Shown piece after piece: positions 12,630 to 24,099 of a stretch of 64,000 nt of DNA (positions are counted from its first letter, which is position 1; every line of letters begins with the position of its first letter). The notes under the pieces were generated by a model. It had not been told where the DNA came from. It searched no databases and saw only the letters and a program-made list of their open reading frames with translations. This DNA comes from Azolla caroliniana (Eukaryota; Plantae; Polypodiophyta). The translations under genes were made by a program, and so were the position numbers. The stretch is taken from contig JBHGNT010000008.1 of NCBI GenBank assembly GCA_043228905.1, positions 2,666,001 to 2,730,000 of the forward strand. The letters run 5' to 3'.

Positions 12630-13588
12630 TCCAACCCCACTAAACCGCACATACTCCGTTATCTGCTGGGCAGCGATTTTAGTGAGAGATTCCGGGCCAT
12701 ATGCTACTCGTCCTCCCCTTCTAAACCGACCCTTTCGGCTCCTGGGTCTGGTTCCGCCTTGCTCCGCCTCTTGAAGGCCTTTATCCGTTTCCCGACCACC
12801 GGAGTCGTCATTCGGGTCCCGTCGAGCTCCGCGAGATGATACGTCGCGTTATCATTGACGCTAATTACCACGTATGGCCCGAACCATCACTTCGCGAACT
12901 TACGCGTAGACCTATGCTGGTTGTCGAGGCTGCTATCGTAGACCAACACCCAATCGCCATCCTCGATCTTCCTTGGCCGGAGCTGGTGTGTTCGGTCGAA
13001 CCGGGCCTTGTTTCGGATTCTCGCTTCTCTCACCCTAGCCGTGGCCCGCTCCACGTCTTCTGGCCTTCGCTCGAGCTGCCGGATTCGGGCCGCTAGCAAT
13101 TCTTCTCGGCTCATTTCAGCATATGACATCTTCAATCAAAAACTTACATACTACCGCGGTGGTCTTGTTCATTAGTGCTCGGCCCTCTACCTGATTCATT
13201 AGGTCTTCTCTAGCCAGCACCAGATATCGCTTTTGACCCTCTCCTATCGACATCGTTACCAAGTCGACCATCCATTTGAAGTGCACGGTCGGGGGGTATG
13301 TTGGGTGCAGTTCGTCGCAGTGTCGAACCACCGAGTGCATCTAGCAGCTTTCGCACATGGACACGAAGTCGTGTACGCTCTTATACATACTCGGCCACTA
13401 GTATTTCTCCTTTAACTTCTCGAATATGGCCCATGTACCCCGGTGTCCAGACCAAGGGCTTACGTGGAACTCTGATATTAACTTCTCTTGATCACCCGCT
13501 CGCGCCATTACTCGGAGCGGAGCGTCGTGTCGCCTTTTTGGGACCCTCCAAATTTTTCCGTTCCGTAGGAAGTATCAATATGCCCTTT

Positions 13589-13983
13589 TGTAGAAAGTAA
13601 CGTGCGGAAGCAAGTATGAAGACCGAACAGAAGGAAGGAAACTCAGGTTTAATGGAGAGCTTGAGCTTACACGGTATACGCGGGAGAGATAGAGAGAGTG
13701 AGAGAGAAGACACAAAAAACTATATTCAACAATAATACTCAGTCTGTACATAAGACGTGCTCAGTGAACACTTTTATACAAGCCCTAGAAGGACTGACCG
13801 AAGTACGGACAATACTTCAATGCTCATCAAGAGCTCCTACACTAACTCCCAAATATATTCCTCACAGAATATCTTTCCTAACGACCTCCCGGTTTACGCA
13901 CTCGGCCTAACCGATCGGTCCCAACCGATCCGGTCCTCGGCTTCTTCAGCCGAACCGGCCGATGTTGAGCTTGTCTCTCAACA
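13589..13983 (-). repeat. Copia 3' LTR
   Basis: TGTAG...TCAACA; 11 substitutions versus the 5' LTR by manual comparison. Confidence 0.97.
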
Positions 13984-16900
13984 CTCCCCCTCAAGCTCAA
14001 CTTGAGGCTCTTCGGGATCCTCGGGCACATAGCTCCGATTCCTCCTGGCTTCACGCCTCGCTCGCGCTCCTCGACCTATTCGACTCCGCGCGCTTCAACC
14101 CTTCCAGTCGGCTTGTCTGCTCATGCGGCCCTTAGCTCTTCTGTTGTTGCGGTGTTGACGCTTCTCCTGCTGCCTTTTCTTCCGCTTGGGCCTCGATTGA
14201 TTCAGCGTGTCTGAATCAAACATCCAAATCGACTCGGCTACTTCCGATCAGTTTTCGCTCTCGTCCGAGTTGGTTGTCTCCAACTTGTCTTCGGTCTTCT
14301 CGTCCTCGATTGCATCATCTCCCCCATGCGTGGTTGGCATCGGCTCTCTCCTTCGGCTACTCCTCTTCTGTCCGCTTTCGGACTTTTCCGTGGGTCCGCC
14401 CTCGGCTTCTTCAGCCGATCCGAACTCGAACTCGACAATCGAGTCTACCGACTCGGACTCGGTGTCACGGTCTCCGCTCCTTTCCTGCTGCCTTCCTTGG
14501 TCGTTCAGGACTGTTCTCCCCCTCAAGTTCGGCACATCGAGGTGACACAACCCGAGCGCACCTGAGAATTGTCGCAACTTGTCCAGACCAAGCGGCTTTG
14601 TGAAGATGTCGGTAGTTTGCCGATCCGTCGGCACGTACTAAAGTTCGACTTCACCGGAAAGGACACGCTCAGAGACGAAATGGTAGTGCACCTCAATGTG
14701 CTTGGTCCGTGCATGGAAAACGGGGTTCCTCGCGAGCTGGATGCTGCTGAGGTTGTCGCAGTAGATCGTCGTCGGATCTGACACCTCCACTTGCAGATCC
14801 TTAAGTAGCCGCTTCAACCATATGGCTTCGCATGTCACGACAGCCGCTCCTCGGTACTCAGCTTCGGTGCTCGACAGTGCAACTGTCGGCTGCTTCTTAC
14901 TGCACCACGCGATCGCGGCACTCCCGAGGGAGAACACATATCCGGACGTGGATCGGCGATCGGCGGCGTTGCCAGCCCAATCAGCATCAGTGTAGCCGAC
15001 TAACTGCGCGGCTGCACCGGTCCGATATAGCAGTCCCCGGTCCTTAGTGTCATTGACATACTGAAGTATGCGTTGCGCACACTGAAGGTGCTCCTCGGTA
15101 GGTCGCACCATGAACTGACTGATCACCCCGACCGGATAACTGAGGTTAGGTCGGGTGATGGTCAAGTATATGAGGCTTCCGACAATTTGTCGGAACCTCG
15201 TCGGGTCGCATACCTTTCCCGTATCGGGACGAAGCTTGATGGTTCTGTCTAGAGGAGTCGAGACGGACTTACAGTCGGCCATCCCGAGTTTGAAGAGCAT
15301 ACCCAGCACGTAATGACGTTGGCTGATCAATATGCCTTCGAGGGTACGGATCACTTCGATCCCGAGGAAGTAATGAAGGTCCCCCAGATCCTTCATGTCG
15401 AATGATGCCGCAAGCTGGAGCTTCACGCGGTCGATTTCACCTAGGTCAGCACCGGTGATGACCAAGTCATCAACATATAGTAAAATACTAACCGGTCCGA
15501 GTCGACCTTTCCGGATGAACAGGGAAGAATCCGAATTTGACGAGACGAAGCCCATCTGATGTAAGTGCCACCCCTTGGCCGCGGCTACTACGAGCAAAAC
15601 ACGGACGGTCATCATTTTCGCGACCGGCACAAACTTCTCATCGTAGTCGATGCCATGTTTCTGCGCGTAGCCCTTTGCCACTAGCCGAGCCTTGTACCGG
15701 TTGACCGAGCCATCGGTGTTGTACTTGACCTTGTACACCCACCTACACCCGATCGGTTTTACCCCCTTCGGTGCCTCAACCAAGTCCCAGGTCTCGTTCT
15801 CCGCCAATGCGTGCATCTCTTCCTCCATCGCGGCACGCCAATTCGCATCTTTAGCCGCTTCTGCGTAGCTCTCCGGCTCACGCACTTCCGCTACACGGGT
15901 CATGTACGCATAATGATGCGCCATGTACTTGTTGTATCCGAACCGCAAAACAGGATTCTTCTGGCGGGTAGATCGGCGTAATCTCACATTAGCCGATGTC
16001 GAGGCCTTCTCGGTCAACGCGGACTTCACCTTTAAAGTCCTGTCACCGGTTCCCTCGGAGTCGGACTCGTTCTTATCCGTGCCGGAATCCGACACCTTCT
16101 TCTTCCCTTTCTCTTTGCGCGTAAGCCATCTCCTTAGCTTCCTGCGCGGGGAATGCACGGCCGAGTCTCCACTACTCGCCGGCTCTTCATCGGACTGATC
16201 GTACCGACTCAGTCGTCCAATCGGTCCACTTAAGCAGAGTGAAATCGGACTCTCTTCGCGGGTCTCGATTTCGGGCTCATCCGGAGGCATCTCGGCCTCA
16301 CTGACCTCATCGTTAGAACACGGATTGGACTCGGGGTTCGGAGTCGGGGGCTTGTACCAGGACGCGGACTCGTCAACCACAACGTCGCGGCTAACACGCG
16401 CTTGTTTGGTGCGAGGGTTATAGCACTTATAACCCTTCTGCTCGTCCGAGTAACCGACCAAGATGCATTTCTCGGCCTTTGCGTCCAGCTTCCTTCTTTT
16501 CTCCTTCGGTACATGCACATACGCAATGCTACCGAACACCCTCAAGTGTCGTAAGTTCGGCTTCGTTCCGAAATATAGCTCGTGCGCTGACACTTTGTCT
16601 CCGATCCGGTTCTGGATGTATACCGCGGTCCTTACCGCCTCGGCCCAGTAGAACTTGGGTAAGCTCTTCTCCTCCAGCATTGCCCGTGCCGCTTCCACAA
16701 CTAACCGATTCTTCCTCTCAGCCACGCCGTTCTGCTCCGGCGTGTATCTACAACTGAATTCGCGGCGAATTCCCATTTGTTGTAGATAACCGTTGAATTG
16801 ACCAGAAAAGTACTCTTTTCCGCCATCCGACCGCAAGCACTTGATCTTTCGTCCTGTTTCCGTTTCCACGAACCCTTTGAGGTCACGGAAACAGTCAAAG

Positions 16901-18619
16901 ACTTCGCTCTTTCTCTCAAGGAGGTAGATCCACGTGTGCCGCGTGTGGTCGTCGATGAAGGAGACGAAATATCGGCTCCCGCCAAGACTAACGTTTTGTG
17001 TCGAGCTTATTCCGGCTCCGGTTTCGCTCGTTGGGGAAAGGAAGTTGGTGTTGCTTCCCGAGCTGGCAGGCTTCACAAATTTGTGCCTTTCGACCACTAA
17101 ATTTGGGCAATCCGAACACTACCTGTTTCAATTCCAGATCTTGAAACCACTGGTAGTTGACGTGGCCTATCCGCTTATGCCACAAGTCGATGTCCGACTC
17201 GGTTTTTCTTCCCTTCGCGAACATTGCGGTGCTGCCGTCAGTGGAGTCGAGGATGAACATCCTCCCGTCTCTGCGCCCTTGCGCAATCACACGGCCTTCT
17301 TCCTCAATGAAGCACCCGAGGTGTGTAAACCGAACCTCCATCCCTTGGTCGACGATCTGTCTGACCGAGACCAGGTTTTTCGTGATTGTCGGAACGTGCA
17401 GCACGTTCATGAGTTTCCCTTTCTGTCCGACATGGCTAAGGGGAACTTCTCCGACATTCGCGATCGGATGCGGAGTGTCGTCTCCTGTTGCGACTACTCC
17501 ATTTTGTATCGGTTTTTCAAGGTACGAGAACCACTCCTTATGGCTCGTCATGTGGTTTGACGCGCCGGAGTCTACGTACCACACCTCGTTTGATCTCGGG
17601 GTGCTTTATTTCATTGAGTTTGCTTTGTGTCTCGTCACGAAGGCAGACCCTTCTCCGACTCTCCCGGAGTCTTCGGCGTAGTGCGATTGCTGCCAATTTC
17701 CCTTGTCGGTATGTCTGGAGCCGTTTCTCTCCGAATCGGCGCGCTTCTTCCAGCACTCACTTTCCCTGTGGCCTTTCTTGCCACAGTACCAGCACTCCGC
17801 GATGGCCTTCCCTTGCCGGTTCTCATCGCTTCGACTCCCCCTATTTCCGGAGGGTCCGGAGTTGCTGTCGGCATCACTTCGGTGCCTTCTTCCTTGATCT
17901 TGTTGGCCGCCTCCATTGCGTGCCGACTCGCCTCGTCCTCCACGTCCACGGGGCCTATCTCCCTCCGTGTACAACATTCTGTTGTCGGTGTGCGTGCTTG
18001 TAGACGCACCCGCGTGGTTCTCCTCTACCAGGAGCATCGACTGTAAGTCAAAAAAGGACGGCGTATTCTCCCGGGTACACACAGCCGTTCGGAACGCTCC
18101 GAACTTCGACGCCAAACCTCCAAGACAGATCTGAACCATCTCGCTCTCCTCGATGTTCACCTCTATGGAGGCGAGGGAGTCGCAGATATCCTCGATCTTC
18201 GAGGTATAATCCGCCACCAACAAGTCACGTTGTCGTAGCTGGAGTTTCCTGGTTGTGGTGCTCGCGGCGAACATCTTCTTCAGATTTTCCCACGCACCCT
18301 TCGGCGTCTTTGCATCCCGAACATAGCTCAATAGTTGTTCGCCCACACAAGACGCGAAGCAGTACAATACCCTGCTCGCCGATTGCTCCCACGACGGGAA
18401 GTCTTTGTGTGTCGATTCGGGTGCCGCGTCATTAGCTCCTTCGACATAACTCCAGTAGCCATGCCCAAGCAGGTACTGGTGCATCTTGTAGGACCAAGAC
18501 GCGTAGTTGGTTCTGTCGAGCTTCTCTGTTGGAAGCGAGCTCGCCATGCCTCTATCCATCATTCTTCTCGTTCTTCTTCGTCAAGTTGTGTCGGCTGCAG
18601 AGAGGTTCTCAACCCTCGC

Positions 18620-18631
18620 GCTCTGATACCA
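18620..18631 (-). promoter_or_regulatory. Primer-binding site complementary to initiator tRNA-Met
   Basis: TGGTATCAGAGC immediately after the 5' LTR. Confidence 0.95.
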
Positions 18632-19026
18632 TGTAGAAAGTAACGTGCGGAAGCAAGTATGAAAACCGAACAAAAGGAAGGAAACTCAGGTTTAATGGAG
18701 AGCTTGAGCTTACACGGTATACGCGGGAGAGACAGAGAGAGTGAGAGAGAAGACACAAAAAACTATATTCAACAATAATACTCAGTTTGTACATAAGACG
18801 TGTTCAGTGAACACTTTTATACAAGCCCTAGAAGGATTGACCGAAGTACTGACAGTACTTCAATGCTCATCAAGAGCTCCTACACTAACTCCCAAATATA
18901 TTCCTCACAGAATATCTTTCCTAACGACCACCCGGTTTACGCACTCGGCCTAACCGATCAGTCCCAACCGATCCGGTCCTCGGCTTCTTCAGCCGAACCG
19001 ACCGATGTTGAGCTTGTCTCTCAACA
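18632..19026 (-). repeat. Copia 5' LTR
   Basis: Direct repeat of 13589-13983, adjacent to the PBS. Confidence 0.97.
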
Positions 19027-22000
19027 CCTTTTTCAGATCTGTCCCGCTTCCTCCCTAGTCATCGAGGCGTCTGCCATCATTGTTTTTAGAAATCTTCCGA
19101 TTAGAAGCTACTCCCCATCGTAGTCTTCTTCGTCGAATTCGTTCAGGGGCGGAGCGCTTCGCCCTTTTATCCTCATCCTTGTTGATTCGAAGAAGTCCGC
19201 GCCGACTTCTTCGTTTTCTGATACCATACCGTCCTCATCCTCGAACCGCTCTAGAAAGCATATCATCCATGGCGTTGTCTTTACCCAAGATGTGTCATAT
19301 CTCTGGGTTCAGGGACTTGATGTACGCAATCCACCTGAGCATGGCCAGGTCGGGAGTTGCACATTCGGGGACCATACTGAGAATCGGCAGGCAGTCCGTT
19401 TCTATAATCACTTCTATCCCGATTAGGTAATCTTTGTCGACCTTAACCGCCGAAACGATACCCCATAGCTCGCGCTTGACTTGGGCGTATCCTCATTGTC
19501 GCTCGCTTAGTACCTTCGCACCGAACCGGATAGGGAAGCGCGTGCCATCTTCGTCCTCTTGATTTACGACCCATCCGATCCCGGTCGGGTTGGTGTCCAC
19601 CGTGATTTAGACCGGAGTTCCTGGTGCACATTCTACTCTGCGAGATCTCTGATTGTCCAAAGGCTAATTTTTCTCCCGAGAAGGTAAGCCGCGCATCTTC
19701 GAGCCTCTGTAGTATCTTCTTGCAGTCGGAGATATGGTCTGTGACAAACCTTCGGCACCCATCCGCGCCGATCGATTCATCCTTGGTGTCCTCCGGACAC
19801 CCCTTGATAGGGATATCGTCCAGGAAAGGCATGGTGATGCTCGGAATGCAGTCCCGCAAGATTCTGTTCATTGCATTCACCATGTGTGCCACTGAGTTGG
19901 TCCCTCCCTGTGGTAGGGTACACATTCGAACTAGCCTGAGAGGGGTTCGCATTGTTGTGATGTCCCTGCTTTCCACAGCCAGCTGGAACTGGTCGTACCC
20001 CGAGTAAAGGTCTCCGACTGAGTATATGGACCTTCCGGCGAAGGCTTCCATGAACTCATCGATCGATGGCCCAACTCTTGTATTGCGGATGGTCACCTTG
20101 TTGATCGGTTGTAAGTCCTGGACGAAGCGCAACGTACCGTTCTTCTTTGGTACCGTAAACCACCGGTTAGAGTAAGGGGCACTCGATGGTTCGAGGATGC
20201 CCAACTCCACCTTCTGCTTAAGGAACTCCATCAACATTGGCATGTGAGCTCTTGGTACTTGAATTGGTTTGAGACTCCATGGCACGTGCGGCACGGTAAA
20301 GATCACCATTGGTTCAACAATGGTTGGGTCAACACACCTGATCTCTCCCGGCGAGAATGCAAAGGCTTTCCCGTGCCTCTCGAGCATCCTTCTGGACCGG
20401 TCCTCTTCCGCCGCTAGTAGGAAGCCACCCCCACCAATCTTCAGCTCTCGTAACGTTTTGTCGGTGAAACGGTGTCCTATGCCGGCCGGATCTCGCAAGC
20501 TCGGGTCGGTAGCAACCCCCTTTATTCGTTCCCAGCTATCCTCCCGTAAGGGGTCCGCGACGGGCTTCACCTTCCGGTCCACAGTCTTGTACTTGGTGTC
20601 TACTCAGGCAATCCAATGTGCCCTGGTTTTTCTTTCGAAGTCCGCAATGACTTCATACATGTCAACCGAGTTGACCGGTATGACTCGGTCTTCGCTTAGG
20701 CCTCCCTCGACTACCTTCCTGATTTCTCCAAGGGTATCATCGAACGAGACCGCCTCCACAACTTCCCCAATCCCTTCGTCGTGACTCAAGGCTCCACACA
20801 CCTTTAAGCGTATCTCGGCCCGCTTTCTTTCTTGGCCATTGATGCTGGCTATTGTACATCCGCCGTTGTCGGAGAACAAAACTTTCCTTCCTAGTTTACA
20901 GATGTGGGGAATTTTCCGGCTATCCGGACTATCGTGGCCCCACGCCCTGATAGCCCTTTCTAAAAATCCGCCTTCTCGTTATTTCCGAGGGTGTCCCTGT
21001 TCCGCTCGTGATTCTTCCGAACGATCAAAAATTGGACAGAATGACAGCCATCCTGACTCTTTACCCTTGCATAGGCTGAACCATTATCCAATACTTTCGT
21101 TTCCATTCTAGCCGATGTGATGTATGGTTCGCCTAGGATGACTGGGTGGGAGGACGTCTCTTGCACGAAAAAGAGTTGGTTTATATCGACGTCTCTGATG
21201 CTCACCCTAACGTTCGGGCAAGCCCCATGTAGTTCTTTTGTGGCTCTTGTAGCTGTGCATATCTTCCACCCATGTTTGGTGTTGATCGGCCAATTCCCCC
21301 TTTTGTAGAAGTCCATCAACATCAGGTTAATTTCCAACCCGTGGTCGATTAATGCCACCACTGGTTCCTTCATGTCCCCGATACGAACCGGGGTTTCTAT
21401 AGTCACTCTTGCCTAGTGCGGCCTGGTGTAGTAGCTCTCCGCAAGCTCAACTTCCACGGCCATCTCGTCGAGGACTGCCGCCCTTACCTCAATTGGCTTC
21501 TCGGGCTCCGGCTCCATCGCGTGACGCTTTCTCTCCACGAGGTCCACTTCCCTTAGTGTGAGTTCTACACGACTGTCGAGAACTCGCTCCTCTAGAACCT
21601 TTTATAGGTTCGTTGTTTTCTCAATCTCCGAGCTTAAACGGAAGCTCGGAACCTTGCCCTTCTCCTTCTCCTGTGGCCCGGTCGGAGTGGCATCATGCCT
21701 TTTCGGCGTGCTTCAGGTGTCATACCTCCCCGAAGGACCTGCTCCCCCGGTTTTCCCCGCTCGCCTTTCGTCGATCAGGGCCTCGTAGTTCCTACACGCA
21801 GCCTCCACAAAGCCAGTGCTCTCCTCAACGGGGTCGCTCAAGCTGGTAACTTCGCACACACACTCCTCCGCCCGCTCCGCTTCTCCCTTCTACAGCCTTC
21901 CTTTGGACAAGGTCTCAAGAATAACCGGCCATAACCCAGGGTTTGAATCGGGTTTGGTCGCCCTTTCGCCTACGTGGATGCCGGCCGAAGCCGAGTAGTG

Positions 22001-22293
22001 GACGGCATCGACGTGTCGTGCCGTGCCGCAGCCTCTTCCATTAGCCTCTTCATTCCACCTCGCCTGAAATTCGCGTCAAGCAATCTTCGTGTGTCGCTCG
22101 CATGTATCCTGCCATTCAAAAGATAAACTACATTACTTCTGAGCGCTTCACCGAGGTCAATGTAGTCTCTCCGAGAATGTCCGGTGGCGTCGCACCATAT
22201 GCACCGCTAATTGGCCGGCAGTCGTCGGTCGCACTGTCGCGAAGTTTCGCGTTCGCGTGTAGGAAGAGGCGGGACCACGGGGGTCTTGGACCA

Positions 22294-22333
<40 letters not shown>

Positions 22334-22334
<1 letters not shown>

Positions 22335-22950
22335 GCAGATACACAGAAAGAAAATAAGAGCAAGAAACAGGAATCTGATTACTATGATCAGTAGCTTACA
22401 ACTCGAACAGTTCCAACCAGCAACCCGGTAATGGACCTGACACGGGGTCCTACTCACGCACATAGACGATAGCCACACAACTCGAAGAAACAAAAAAAAG
22501 GGGGGGGGGGGGGGGGGGGGGGGGGGTGGAGAAGAGAGAGAGAGAGCCTCTGTTGGAAGCACACGGGCTGTCCATGAAGCAGAGGCAGCGAACGACGATC
22601 GGAAGAGAGAGAGCTCGGCCCTCGGTTCTGCAGCAGCACTTCGTCCTTGCCAACGCGCGATCCCTTTTCTTCCTTAAATAGTCCTTAAATAGTTCCCTTA
22701 AATAGTCCTTAAATAGTCCTTAAATAGTTTGACTAGAGACCCTTCTTCCCTAGTCAAATCGCTTTATTCCATGTCCCTTTCGATAGAGATACGCGCAAAT
22801 CCCCTAATAAATGTGTACTACCTAGTATTTACATCAGCCGACCTAATTATGAATTATGTCCAAAATATCAATTCTCGCGTCCGCCTATGTAAGAGCCGGT
22901 TCATGCTCCTTTTTCTTCGATTCCACCTATTGCCGGTTTTCTTCACGACA
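22334..22950 (-). repeat. Gypsy LTR upstream of gag of copy C, itself preceded by a PPT and ~100 bp of 3' internal sequence (22951-~23055)
   Basis: The minus strand reads GGTGGGGGTGGA|TGTCGTGAAG at 22950 and ends ...TGCA before a (CT)n tract. Left boundary inferred. Confidence 0.75.
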
Positions 22951-23057
22951 TCCACCCCCACCAAACCGCGCATCCACCGGCATGCACCAGAGACGGGTAG
23001 ATACCGAAGAAAACCGGCTTTAGTCGTCGGTCTTCGATTCTTCGCCAGGCCCAGAAA

Positions 23058-23893
23058 TTGTGTTGTGGCAAGAAACAAGGAGAAGTTAAGGATAGACACG
23101 ATTTCCCGACATCCTTCCTTGCACATCTTGAGAGAGCCAAAAAAGAAAAGAATTGTCGCTTAGTCAAGGCGTACGAAATTGAGGAAGATGGCTCCTTCAA
23201 AAAATTTAGCCACAAAAAGGATATTACGAGAGATCTTTACTACAACGTGGTTTGCGGCGATGTCGTTGACATGATCCAAAAAGTGCCAAAGAAGGAATAT
23301 ACGCTAATGATTGTTGATATTCCATATGGATTTCGAATGGAAGGGTCATCATACAACGATGAACCATTTAGGTTTAAACAGTTAGAGAAGATGGTCAAGG
23401 ATTTTGTTGAGCTAACGACCACATCCTTGTGGAGGATAGTTGTCTTTCATAGTATGGACCAAGGGTACTCGGTAGCTCAAGCTTTGAGATCTCGTTGCCA
23501 TGGCATCGAGAACCTTGCATGGTAAGGATTATTTATATGTCTCATTCACTATATTGCCTTTCTTAAGATTGTTCAATCGATTCTTAACTCGATGTAATAT
23601 TTGTTATAGGATAAAAACCAATGTCAATAGAGGGCCAACCTTTCGGTTCGTAAATGGCATCGAGAACCTTGCATGGTAAGGATTATTTATATGTCTCATT
23701 CACTATATTGCCTTTCTTAAGATTGTTCAATCGATTCTTAACTCAATGTAATATTTGTTATAGGATAAAAACCAATGTCAATAGAGGGCCAACCTTTCGG
23801 TTCGTAAATGCCATTGAATACATTACGGTTGGCTACTTCGATGAAATAAAGAAACAAAGAATCAAAAGTCGAAGGGAGGATGAAGTGACGTGA
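23058..23893 (+). pseudogene. Fragment of a beta-class amino (N4-C/N6-A) DNA methyltransferase-like gene with spliceosomal intron(s)
   Basis: NVVCGDVVDMIQKVPKKEYTLMIVDIPYG fits the IxxGDxxxxLxxLPxxSVDLIxTDPPY start of N6_N4_Mtase. Splicing GT-AG 23522-23609 gives LAW-IKTN...RFVNAIEYI, matching the WxK...F...EYI motif. No ATG and no FxGxG motif seen. Confidence 0.7.
23500..23810 (+). repeat. 154-bp tandem duplication (88-nt intron plus 66-nt exon)
   Basis: ATGGCATCGAGAACC at 23500 and 23654; copies are near-identical. Confidence 0.95.
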
Positions 23894-24099
23894 GAACAAT
23901 ACACCATCATTCCAGCGTCGTAGCTAATGGTGGCAATCGCAATCCCGACGACTCACCTTCATTGGAAACTCCATAGTCTCCTTTTCTTTCATTTCGTATT
24001 CGTTTGTGCTCTATTCGTATGACCATTTTGTAAAAACCATCAAAATTGTGGTACTCTATCTCGAATCGTTGTAAACATAATTTGTAATGATATTGCTTA

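Larger units (their letters stand above)
13589..19026 (-). mobile_element. Ty1/copia LTR retrotransposon with both LTRs, inactivated by deletions and stops (resembles moss Bryco/RLC5-type elements; lineage not verified)
   Basis: 395-bp LTRs 13589-13983 and 18632-19026, TSD CCTTT, PBS TGGTATCAGAGC, PPT TTGAGGGGGAG. Gag (EKLDRTNYASW, CWYCGKKGHRESEC), protease WYVDSGAS, integrase (LRSDGGKEY, YTPEQNGVAER), RT (YKARLVAKGY, LYVDDL), RNaseH (YTDADWAG, TEAEY, HARTKHIE). Confidence 0.97.
12014..22950 (-). mobile_element. Ty3/gypsy copy C (composite, deleted), inserted in RNaseH of B and carrying a nested copia
   Basis: LTR 22334-22950, zinc knuckle (CIWCDATGH), protease LIDHGLEINL, RT ORF 19443-20582, RNaseH, integrase 12770-13580, PPT 12630-12641, LTR 12014-12629. 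Deletions at ~13125, ~19637 and ~22258. Confidence 0.88.

Noticed and set aside
16934-18134. Plus-strand ORFs of 100-200 aa
   Set aside because: Antisense shadows of the GC-rich copia polyprotein.
22065-22333. LTR boundary at TG 22065
   Set aside because: The minus strand here still encodes the gag zinc-knuckle region homologous to copy B.
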